From: an uncultured Bacteroidales bacterium
GTDB taxonomy: Bacteria > Bacteroidota > Bacteroidia > Bacteroidales > FEN-979
Direction of reading: 5' to 3'
Assembly (NCBI GenBank): GCA_903877385.1
Contig: CAIRDP010000062.1
Location: 37,640 to 101,639 of the forward strand
DNA length: 64,000 nucleotides
Of this stretch, positions 9,119-17,777 are shown piece by piece; position 1 is the stretch's first letter, and the number at the start of each line of letters is the position of its first letter. Both the position numbers and the translations under genes were made by a program. Below the pieces are notes generated by a model that was not told the DNA's origin, searched no databases, and saw nothing but the letters and a program-made list of their open reading frames with translations.

Positions 9119-10321
9119 ATGTCAAAACAAGGATTCAGTACCAAAGCTATTCATGCCGGTAATGTTGAGTTCAGCCCCGGTTCTATGATCACCCCTCTGT
9201 ACCAGTCTGTTGCATACCCCTATGCTGATGCAAAGGAGGCGGCAGCCATTTTCACCGGTGAAAAGCCGGGATATACATACGGTCGCTGGGACAACCCGAC
9301 AGTCGACCTTTTTGAGCGCAGGATGGCGGCGCTGGAAGGTACGGATGGTGCAATTGCGACAGCTTCGGGTATGGCGGCTATCTTCCTCTTATGCCATCAC
9401 CTGCTTTCGCCTGGCGATGAGGTGGTTTCTTCGAACCGGGTGTACGGAGGCACTTTCGGGCTTTTCGAGACAGGCCTGAAAAAGATGGGATCGAAAGTGA
9501 ACTGGGTCACAAAGCCTGAGGACCTGAATGCCTGGAGGGATGCCATCAGCCCGAAAACAAAATTTTTATTTGTTGAATCCCCAAGCAATCCTGCGCTTTT
9601 TATTGCCGATATACCGGCCCTTGCCAAGCTTGCCAAATCGAAGAAGCTCCCGCTGATGGTCGACAACACCATTGCCACGCCTGCACTTCAGCTGCCCATA
9701 TCACTGGGAGCGGATGTGATCGTTCATTCCACCACGAAATATGTTTGCGGTAACGGCAGCAGTCTGGGCGGGATTATTTGCGGTTCAAAGAGCCTGATCG
9801 ATGGAATCCGCCAGAGTTCAATCCGGTACCTGGGCCCGTCCATGGCCCCTTTCAATGCCTGGCTTAACCTCCTGGGGCTGGAAACTCTTTCGCTGAGAAT
9901 GGAGAAGCATTGTTCGAATGCCATGGCGGTAGCTGAATTCCTGGAGAAACATCCAAGGGTGAAACATGTAAATTATCCCGGTCTGAAATCCAATCCTTAC
10001 CATAAGATGATCAAGCCTCAGATGAAAGGCTGCAGTTCACTGCTTTCGTTCGAAATTGACGGGAATTACAAAGACGCCACGAAGTTCATCGATTCGCTGA
10101 AGATCATAACTCATGCGACGCATCTCGGGACATGCCGTTCCATTGTAACCCATCCTGCATCGACCACGCATTCGGCTATGGGTGAAAAGGAGATGAAGAA
10201 AGCCGGGATATCCCCGTCGATGATCAGGTTCTCAATCGGCATCGAGGACGAGAAGGATATTCTTGACGATCTTGCACAGGCTTTCAACATCGCTGGAAAA
10301 CAGGGGAAACGCAAAAAATAA
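9119..10321 (+). CDS. Cys/Met metabolism PLP enzyme (O-acylhomoserine sulfhydrylase MetZ / methionine gamma-lyase family)
   Basis: YGRWDNPT, ASGMAAI, ESPSNP, VDNT, HSTTKY PLP lysine, HPASTTH. Confidence 0.88.
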   Translation: MSKQGFSTKAIHAGNVEFSPGSMITPLYQSVAYPYADAKEAAAIFTGEKPGYTYGRWDNPTVDLFERRMAALEGTDGAIATASGMAAIFLLCHHLLSPGDEVVSSNRVYGGTFGLFETGLKKMGSKVNWVTKPEDLNAWRDAISPKTKFLFVESPSNPALFIADIPALAKLAKSKKLPLMVDNTIATPALQLPISLGADVIVHSTTKYVCGNGSSLGGIICGSKSLIDGIRQSSIRYLGPSMAPFNAWLNLLGLETLSLRMEKHCSNAMAVAEFLEKHPRVKHVNYPGLKSNPYHKMIKPQMKGCSSLLSFEIDGNYKDATKFIDSLKIITHATHLGTCRSIVTHPASTTHSAMGEKEMKKAGISPSMIRFSIGIEDEKDILDDLAQAFNIAGKQGKRKK

Positions 10322-10329
10322 TTTCTGAA

Positions 10330-10364
10330 AGGCCCTCCATTTGGCGCAGCCAAATGGAGGGCCT
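10330..10364. other. Perfect 16-bp intergenic hairpin
   Basis: AGGCCCTCCATTTGGC-GCA-GCCAAATGGAGGGCCT; no U-tract on the + strand. Confidence 0.8.
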
Positions 10365-10379
10365 AATCCCGGGATTTTA

Positions 10380-11747
10380 ATGGACAAACCGCTTCAATTC
10401 TATTCAACCAACCTGAAGTCTGATAATCTCAGTTTTCATGAGGCTCTGCTGAAAGGACAGGCCCCTGATAAAGGCCTTTACATGCCGCTTGTTATTCCTT
10501 TTATCCCCATTGAAGAGATTGAGAGTTTCAGGACGATGGAGTACCGGGAGATCGCCTTTCATGTGACAAAGCGTTTTCTCGCCGGAGAGATTCCCGATAC
10601 CGAACTTAAGGAAATAGCCAGGGATTCGTATGATTTTGATGTGCCTCTTGAAAAGGTCTTCGGCCGGAATTACATTATGCGCCTCGACCATGGGCCAACG
10701 GCCTCTTTCAAGGATTTTGCCGCCCGGATGATGGGCCGGCTTATGCAATATTATCTCAGGGCCGGGAACCGGCGGCTGCTCATACTCACGGCAACTTCAG
10801 GGGATACCGGCAGTGCCGTGGCGAATGCCTTTTACGGGCTTGAAACCATCGATATCGTGGTACTGTTCCCTAAAGCCGAAGTTACCGACAGGCAGAGAAA
10901 ACAAATGACCACCCTGGGTAAGAATGTTAAAGTTCTTGCACTGGATGCGAAATTTGACGACTGCCAGGCCTTGGTGAAACAGGCTTTTGCCGATCCCTCG
11001 CTGGACTATTTACAATTGTCATCCGCAAACTCAATAAATATAGGAAGGCTGATCCCCCAGACCGTTTATTATTTCTATGCCTACGCTAAACTGGCTTTGC
11101 CGGGGGAACAGATCATCTTCTCGGTTCCCTCGGGCAATTTCGGCGATATGATGGGAGGGGTTATGGCTATGAAGATGGGCCTCCCTGTAAGCCGGTTCAT
11201 CATTGCCACGAACGAAAACGATGAGTTCCCGAATTACCTTCTAAGCGGGAAGTATAATAAAATTGAGCCTTCACGTAATTGCATATCCAGCGCCATGAAT
11301 GTGGGGCATCCCAGCAACCTGGCCCGACTGTTATCCCTGTACGGGGGCATGATGGATGAAAAGGGCAATATCCTTCGCGCAGCGGATATGGACCTGATGA
11401 GAAAAGAAATCTGGAGCACCAGGGTAACGGATGAGGAAACGCGAAATACCATAGGCCATGCCTGGAAGGAGTGGAAACTTCTTCTCGAGCCTCACGGTTC
11501 GGTCGGCTTTACAGGCCTAATGAAATATATCGGTGAGGATGAAACACTGCCTGGTGAGGGCAGGCTTTGTGTTTCACTGGAGACTGCACATCCGGCGAAA
11601 TTCCCGGTTGAAATACAGAAGATGACAGGCATAGTGCCTCCCCTTCCGCCAAGCTTGCAGGGGATAGACCATAAACCCGAATTTTTCGAACAGTTCCCAA
11701 ACCATTACCCGGATTTCAAAACCTGGCTTCTTGAAAACTATAAATGA
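10380..11747 (+). CDS. thrC: Threonine synthase
   Basis: HGPTASFKDF PLP lysine, TATSGDTG, SANSINIGR, VPSGNFG, TAHPAKF; start MDKPLQFYST. Confidence 0.96.
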   Translation: MDKPLQFYSTNLKSDNLSFHEALLKGQAPDKGLYMPLVIPFIPIEEIESFRTMEYREIAFHVTKRFLAGEIPDTELKEIARDSYDFDVPLEKVFGRNYIMRLDHGPTASFKDFAARMMGRLMQYYLRAGNRRLLILTATSGDTGSAVANAFYGLETIDIVVLFPKAEVTDRQRKQMTTLGKNVKVLALDAKFDDCQALVKQAFADPSLDYLQLSSANSINIGRLIPQTVYYFYAYAKLALPGEQIIFSVPSGNFGDMMGGVMAMKMGLPVSRFIIATNENDEFPNYLLSGKYNKIEPSRNCISSAMNVGHPSNLARLLSLYGGMMDEKGNILRAADMDLMRKEIWSTRVTDEETRNTIGHAWKEWKLLLEPHGSVGFTGLMKYIGEDETLPGEGRLCVSLETAHPAKFPVEIQKMTGIVPPLPPSLQGIDHKPEFFEQFPNHYPDFKTWLLENYK

Positions 11748-11762
11748 TAATTAAAACGATAT

Positions 11763-11797
11763 TTGTACATTGTACTTAGTACATAGTACCTAGTTTT
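11763..11797. repeat. Tandem 7-mer array between thrC and thrH
   Basis: ttgtaca ttgtact tagtaca tagtacc tagtttt. Confidence 0.75.
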
Positions 11798-11819
11798 ATA
11801 AACCGCTAACTGTAAGAAC

Positions 11820-12422
11820 ATGTATATCGTCTGCTCCGACCTCGAAGGTGTTTTCACACCTGAAGTATGGATCAATGTTGCCGAAAAAACCGGTATCCCC
11901 GAACTCCGCCGGACAACCCGTGATGAACCCGACTATCATAAACTGATGAGGTGGAGGCTGAGGATACTGGATGAGCATGATCTCAAGCTTCATGATATTC
12001 AGAATGTGATTGCGCAGATCGAACCTCTTGACGGAGCGATTGAATTCATTCAATGGGTGAAGGAAAGAACACAACTGATCGTGGTTTCCGACACTTTCAT
12101 ACAGTTTGCCGAACCCCTGATGAAAAAACTGGGGCGCCCGACCCTGTTCTGCCATACGCTGGTCATGGACGAGACCAACCGCATCGTCGACTTTAAAATG
12201 AGGCAGCCCGACCCGAAACGCAGGACCGTTGAGGCCCTGCAGGGATTAAAGTACCAGGTTGTAGCCATGGGAGATTCCTATAACGATATCTCCATGTTGC
12301 GACAGGCCGAAGAAGGCATTCTTTTCCGTCCTCCCCGGAATGTGATCAATGACCATCCGCAGTTCCCGGTAACCTGGGAATACGACGAGATAAAGAAAAT
12401 ACTGGGGAAATTTATCGGTTAA
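11820..12422 (+). CDS. thrH: Bifunctional phosphoserine phosphatase / homoserine phosphotransferase
   Basis: HAD motif DLEGV..PE.W, TTRDEPDY, SDTF, GDSYND. Confidence 0.94.
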   Translation: MYIVCSDLEGVFTPEVWINVAEKTGIPELRRTTRDEPDYHKLMRWRLRILDEHDLKLHDIQNVIAQIEPLDGAIEFIQWVKERTQLIVVSDTFIQFAEPLMKKLGRPTLFCHTLVMDETNRIVDFKMRQPDPKRRTVEALQGLKYQVVAMGDSYNDISMLRQAEEGILFRPPRNVINDHPQFPVTWEYDEIKKILGKFIG

Positions 12423-12621
12423 GTCTTCAGCCTTAATAACTGGTTTCCAGGCTTAAAAGGGACGGGAATTTCAAGCTCTGCCTTGCCGGTTTCAATACAG
12501 CTCCTGAAAAAGCTTGTTATGGTGAAGGACTAACATCGTTTTCTTTTTTTCGCTGAATTCGGGATTTTTCTTAAGCCCCAATTCCGGGACCTTTGTAACT
12601 TTGCTGAAATATCCCGGAATT

Positions 12622-13824
12622 ATGAAAAAGACGAACGATCCATCAACCCGTATATTCGACCTCTTGCAATTTGGCGAATACGGAGATGTGAATCCATCGA
12701 TTACGGATTCAGCCACCTACACTTTCATGCAGGCCATCACCATGAGCGAAACATTCGCAGGCCAGCAGGAAGGTTGCTACCTCTACTCACGCCACTGGAA
12801 CCCTACGAACAAGTACCTTGCCGATGCGCTTGCAGCGCTTGAAGGTACAGAATCTGCCTGGGTCACCGCATCCGGAATGGCGGCAATCACTTGTGCAATT
12901 CTCCAGCTTGTAAAGAGCGGGGACCATATCGTTTGTGCCATGACGATCTACGGAGGAACCTTCGCTTTTCTTTACAACTACATTAAAAAGTTCAATATCG
13001 ATGTCACTTTTGTCGATATCCGCAAGCTGGATGATGTGAGTAAAGCGATCAGGCCGAACACGAAGATCATCTACACCGAATCAATGACGAACCCCCTTCT
13101 CCAGATCAGCGACATTCCTGAATTGGCAAAAATTGCCAACGAACATGGGATTAAGCTAATGGTCGACAATACGTTCACACCCATGATGATCTCCCCGGCC
13201 CGGCATGGAGCCCATATCGTGGTGCACAGCATGACCAAGTTCATCAACGGCAAGAATGACTGCGTTGCAGGGGCAATCTGTGGCGACAAGGAATTTATCG
13301 ATGCACTTTGCGACGTCAATAACGGCACGGCCATGCTGCTTGGCCCTTCGCTCGAACCTTTGCGTTCATCCAGTATTCTGAAAAACCTGCATACCCTTCA
13401 CATCCGCATGAAGCAGCACAGCAAGAATGCAATGTACCTGGCCGGAAAGTTCAAAGAATATGGGGCAAAGATCATTTATCCCGGCCTCCCCGAACATAAG
13501 GGTCACGAAGTCATGAAAAAGATCATGAATCCTGAGTTCGGTTTCGGCGCCATGATCGCGATCGATATGGGGACTGCAGCTCGTGCCTCCAGACTGATGG
13601 AAGCCATGGAACTTGAAGGTGTGGGCTACCTGGCTGTAAGCCTCGGGTACTTTAAAACCCTGTTCAGCAATTCGGGCAAGAGCACTTCTTCGGAAGTCCC
13701 CGAAGAAATACAAAGGGAGATGGGATTATCAGAAGGACTGATCCGTTTTTCGGTGGGCCTCGATAATGACATCGACCGCAGCTGGGAAAAGATCAAGCAT
13801 TGCCTGGATACCATGGAAAATTAG
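12622..13824 (+). CDS. Cys/Met metabolism PLP enzyme (methionine gamma-lyase-like)
   Basis: FGEYG.VNPSI.DSAT.TF, YLYSRH.NPT, HSMTKFING, AVSLGY; TAACTTTG box at 12596-12603 supports the ATG at 12622. Confidence 0.85.
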   Translation: MKKTNDPSTRIFDLLQFGEYGDVNPSITDSATYTFMQAITMSETFAGQQEGCYLYSRHWNPTNKYLADALAALEGTESAWVTASGMAAITCAILQLVKSGDHIVCAMTIYGGTFAFLYNYIKKFNIDVTFVDIRKLDDVSKAIRPNTKIIYTESMTNPLLQISDIPELAKIANEHGIKLMVDNTFTPMMISPARHGAHIVVHSMTKFINGKNDCVAGAICGDKEFIDALCDVNNGTAMLLGPSLEPLRSSSILKNLHTLHIRMKQHSKNAMYLAGKFKEYGAKIIYPGLPEHKGHEVMKKIMNPEFGFGAMIAIDMGTAARASRLMEAMELEGVGYLAVSLGYFKTLFSNSGKSTSSEVPEEIQREMGLSEGLIRFSVGLDNDIDRSWEKIKHCLDTMEN

Positions 13825-13830
13825 TTTCCC

Positions 13831-14775
13831 ATGATGTCACTCGACCCGAAAGCCAAAGCTATCCTCACTGCAGAAGCCGCAGCCGGTTCTGTTTCGGTGC
13901 ACACCATGCCTGCTGCCCAGGCCAGGGTTTTCTTCGAAAGCAGGTATGAGCAGATCAGTTTCCCTCTGAAGCAAATAAAATCTTTAGAAGAACGCAAAAT
14001 CCCGGGACCTGGAGGCGATCTTACGCTTAGAATCTATACTCCTTTTGGCCGGGGCCCGTTCCCGTTGCTTCTGTTCATTCACGGAGGAGGCTGGGTCCTG
14101 TTCCGCCCTGTACATTATGATTCAGTTTGCACCTACCTGTGCGAAGGTTCAGGTTTCATCGTGGTTTCGGTCGACTACCGCCTGAGCCCTGAAACCAAAT
14201 ACCCCGGCGCCCTTAACGATTGCCACGCAGCACTTAAATGGGTTTCGGCCCATGCAACCGAGATTGATGCCGATGCTTCCCGTATCATTATTTCGGGCGA
14301 CAGTGGAGGGGGGAACCTTGCAGCTGCCCTGGCCCTGAAAAACAGGGATGAAGATGCCGTGAATTTGCAGGGACAACTGCTCATCTACCCGGCCCTGGCC
14401 TGGTATGATCCTCCCACACCTTCATTATCTGAATTTGCCGGCGGGTATTCCCTCACACTTGTTGCAATGGAATGGTTTTGGAAGCAATATCTTGCCAGTC
14501 CCGCTCAATCTTCTGAACCCTATGCAGTGCCTATGAAAGCCGCTTCCCTGGCCAATCTCCCCGAAACCCTGCTCATTGTTGCAGGCTATGATCCATTGCG
14601 GGATGAAGGCGTTGATTATGCACTAAGGCTTGAAAAAGAAGGCACTGCCGTCACCTTAGTCAGGTACGACAGCATGATCCACGGATTTTTATCCTACCTG
14701 GGCATACTCGAACAGGCCGAAACTGCCATTACCGGTATCTGCGGATGGCTGAGAACGAGAACTCAAAGGAGCTAA
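13831..14775 (+). CDS. HSL-family alpha/beta hydrolase (esterase/lipase)
   Basis: HGGG oxyanion motif, GDSGG nucleophile, DPLRDE, HGF. Confidence 0.92.
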   Translation: MMSLDPKAKAILTAEAAAGSVSVHTMPAAQARVFFESRYEQISFPLKQIKSLEERKIPGPGGDLTLRIYTPFGRGPFPLLLFIHGGGWVLFRPVHYDSVCTYLCEGSGFIVVSVDYRLSPETKYPGALNDCHAALKWVSAHATEIDADASRIIISGDSGGGNLAAALALKNRDEDAVNLQGQLLIYPALAWYDPPTPSLSEFAGGYSLTLVAMEWFWKQYLASPAQSSEPYAVPMKAASLANLPETLLIVAGYDPLRDEGVDYALRLEKEGTAVTLVRYDSMIHGFLSYLGILEQAETAITGICGWLRTRTQRS

Positions 14776-17639
14776 ACCTGGCTGCAGGTGCTTACCAGGT
14801 TCCTGTCGCCGTAAGCGTCATCAATACGTGTAACTGTTGGCCAGTATTTGTCGTCGGCCGACCAGGGCATGGGATAAGCCGCTTTTTGCCTTGAATAGGG
14901 CAGGGTCCACTCATCGGCCGTAACCATAGCCGCAGTATGGGGCGCTTTCATGATCACATTCACAATCCTGTCGGCCTTGCCCGATGCAATCTCATCAATC
15001 TCGCCTTTGATGGAGATCATGGCCTCGATAAAACGGTTCAGTTCATAATAAGGCTCACTCTCGGTAGGCTCTACCATCAATGTGCCGTGCACGGGGAATG
15101 CAACCGTTGGCGCATGGAAACCGTAATCCATCAGCCTTTTTGCAATATCAATAGCCCCGATATTGGTCTGGCGGGTAATACCGTTGCAGTCAACAATCAT
15201 TTCATGCGCACAGCGGCCGTTCTTCCCCGAATATAAAATCGGGTAATAGGGCTCCAGGCATGATTTGATATAATTGGCATTCAAAATAGCCATCTTCGTG
15301 GCTTCAGTCAAGCCTTCTCCTCCCATCAGCTTGATATAAGCATAAGATATGGTGAGGATCAATGCGCTTCCGTAAGGGCCTGATGCAACGGCTGTGGTAC
15401 CTGTTTTTCCACCGGTCTCAACCTGGGTATGGCGCGGCAGGAAAGGCGAGAGGTGCTTTGCAGCTGCAATCGGGCCTTCTCCCGGTCCGCCTCCCCCGTG
15501 AGGAATGGCGAAGGTCTTATGAAGGTTAAGGTGGCATATATCGGCCCCTATCATTCCCGGGTTCGTGAGCCCGACCTGGGCATTCATATTGGCCCCGTCC
15601 ATATACACCTGGCCCCCGTTCTCATGAACGATCTTCACGATCTCAAGTATGTTTTCTTCAAACACACCGTGAGTCGAGGGATAAGTCACCATCAGGGCCG
15701 AAAGCTTGTCCTTATACTGAACTGCCTTTTCGCGAAGGTCGGCAGTTTCGATGTTACCGTGATCGTCGCATTTTACCACAACCACCTGCATCCCGGCCAT
15801 GGCGGCGCTTGCAGGATTCGTACCGTGGGCCGAAGACGGGATAAGGCAAACGTTCCTGTGCCCGTCGCCCCGGCTTATATGATACTGCCTTATCACCATC
15901 AGCCCGGCATATTCACCTGCCGCACCCGAATTGGGCATGAATGAAACAGAATCAAAGCCTGTGATCTCGCAAAGGTCTTTTTCAAGCTCTTTGATCAGGT
16001 ACTTGTACCCTTCGGCCTGGTCGCCGGGCACGAATGGATGTACCCCTCCGAATTCGGGATAACTCAGGGCAAACAGCTCCGATGCGGCATTCAGCTTCAT
16101 GGTGCAGGAACCCAGGGGGATCATCGAACGGTTCAGCGAAAGGTCCTTGATCTCAAGTTTCTTAAGGTAACGCATCATTTCGGTCTCGGAATGATAGGAA
16201 TTAAATACCTTTTCTGTCATGAATGCGGATGTCCTCGTAAGTTCAGCCGGCACAGTGGTGATCATCTCACATTCCTTCGGGTTGCAAACGAACTCTGTAA
16301 ACCCTTTCCCGTTGACTTCGGCAAAGAGTTTAAGGATGATGTTGATGTCGGAGAGCCCGGTGGTCTCGTCCACGCTGATGCCGACATGTTTTTGGCCCAT
16401 ATACCTGAAATTCATGCCCAGCCCGATAGCCTTGCTCCTTACTTTTTCGACGGTCACTCCTTCGGGCAGTTCAATGCATAATGTGTCGAAGAAATGCCTG
16501 TTTAGCTGAATGTACCCGTATTTCACGATTTCCTGTGAAAGTACTCCCGTGAGTATGTTGATGTGTCGGGCAATCTGTTTTATTCCTTTCGGGCCATGGT
16601 ATACACCGTACATTCCTGCCATAACGGCCAGCAGAACCTGGGAAGTACAGATGTTGGAGGTAGCGCGTTCGCGTTTTATGTGCTGTTCGCGGGTCTGCAA
16701 GGCCATTCTCAATGCCCTGTTGCCGTTGGCATCCACCGAGATTCCGATGATACGCCCGGGCATCTGCCTCTTGAATTCCTCCCTGGTGGCAAAGAAAGCT
16801 GCATGGGGTCCTCCGTATCCCATCGGGATACCGAACCTCTGGGATGAACCGAATACTACGTCGGCTCCCCATTCGCCCGGGGGGGTGAGCAAGGCCAGGC
16901 TCAGAAGGTCGCTTGCAACAGCAACGCCTATCTTAAGCGCATGGGCTTTGGCAATAAACGGACGGTAATCAATAATTTCGCCCTGCTGGTCGGGATACTG
17001 CACAACGGATCCGAAGTACGTATTATCGGGAGCAAACTCCGAAGGTTTCCCATAAACAAGTTCTATCCCGAGTGGAACTGCCCTTGTGCGGATCACATCG
17101 GCGGTTTGAGGGAAGATGTCATCCGCCACGAAAAATTTATTTGCTCCCCGTTTAGCAGTCTCCCTGTCGCGTGAATTGAAGAGCATGATCATGGCTTCCG
17201 ATGCGGCCGTGCCTTCGTCAAGAAGGGAGGCATTGGCAATAGGCATGCCTGTAAGATCACTGATCATGGTCTGGAAATCGAGCAGGGCTTCGAGCCGGCC
17301 CTGGGAGATCTCGGCCTGGTAAGGTGTATAGGCCGTGTACCAGCCCGGGTTCTCCAGTATGTTTCTTAGGATGACGGCAGGGGTGATCGTATTGTAATAT
17401 CCCTGGCCGATGTATGTTTTGAAAAGCTTGTTTTTAGCTGCAATACCCTTGATGTGATTCAGGTACTGGTATTCATTCATCCCTTGGGGAAGGTTCAGTT
17501 TTGATTTAAGGCGGATGGCTGCAGGCACAGTTTCTTCGATTAACTGTTCGAGTGTTTTAACGCCTGTTTTTTCAAGCATGATGTCAATTTCGGCGCCGAA
17601 CGGGCCGTTGTGTCTTCTTGCAAAATTATCAGTGATCAT
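14772..17639 (-). CDS. gcvP: Glycine dehydrogenase (glycine cleavage P protein)
   Basis: YTPYQAEISQGRLEAL, LQTREQHI.R..ATSNICT, MIPLGSCTMK, HLNLHKTF. Confidence 0.98.
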   Translation of the reverse strand: MITDNFARRHNGPFGAEIDIMLEKTGVKTLEQLIEETVPAAIRLKSKLNLPQGMNEYQYLNHIKGIAAKNKLFKTYIGQGYYNTITPAVILRNILENPGWYTAYTPYQAEISQGRLEALLDFQTMISDLTGMPIANASLLDEGTAASEAMIMLFNSRDRETAKRGANKFFVADDIFPQTADVIRTRAVPLGIELVYGKPSEFAPDNTYFGSVVQYPDQQGEIIDYRPFIAKAHALKIGVAVASDLLSLALLTPPGEWGADVVFGSSQRFGIPMGYGGPHAAFFATREEFKRQMPGRIIGISVDANGNRALRMALQTREQHIKRERATSNICTSQVLLAVMAGMYGVYHGPKGIKQIARHINILTGVLSQEIVKYGYIQLNRHFFDTLCIELPEGVTVEKVRSKAIGLGMNFRYMGQKHVGISVDETTGLSDINIILKLFAEVNGKGFTEFVCNPKECEMITTVPAELTRTSAFMTEKVFNSYHSETEMMRYLKKLEIKDLSLNRSMIPLGSCTMKLNAASELFALSYPEFGGVHPFVPGDQAEGYKYLIKELEKDLCEITGFDSVSFMPNSGAAGEYAGLMVIRQYHISRGDGHRNVCLIPSSAHGTNPASAAMAGMQVVVVKCDDHGNIETADLREKAVQYKDKLSALMVTYPSTHGVFEENILEIVKIVHENGGQVYMDGANMNAQVGLTNPGMIGADICHLNLHKTFAIPHGGGGPGEGPIAAAKHLSPFLPRHTQVETGGKTGTTAVASGPYGSALILTISYAYIKLMGGEGLTEATKMAILNANYIKSCLEPYYPILYSGKNGRCAHEMIVDCNGITRQTNIGAIDIAKRLMDYGFHAPTVAFPVHGTLMVEPTESEPYYELNRFIEAMISIKGEIDEIASGKADRIVNVIMKAPHTAAMVTADEWTLPYSRQKAAYPMPWSADDKYWPTVTRIDDAYGDRNLVSTCSQV

Positions 17640-17720
17640 ATTTTAAGTTTTTGATGGCAGATTGAGATTCGCAAAAATACCAAGAATCGTTTACAAAGTA
17701 AAATGAAATCAGCATGCATA

Positions 17721-17756
17721 AAAAAAGAAACCCCTGGAACAGACCGGGGGTTTCTT
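17721..17756 (-). terminator. Rho-independent terminator after the pyrophosphatase gene
   Basis: AAGAAACCCCTGG...CCGGGGGTTTCTT stem with a T-run following on the minus strand. Confidence 0.75.
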
Positions 17757-17777
17757 CAGCAGCAGGATTATCCCGGG

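Noticed and set aside
17640-17720. Glycine riboswitch upstream of gcvP
   Set aside because: Leader too short and lacks the aptamer motifs
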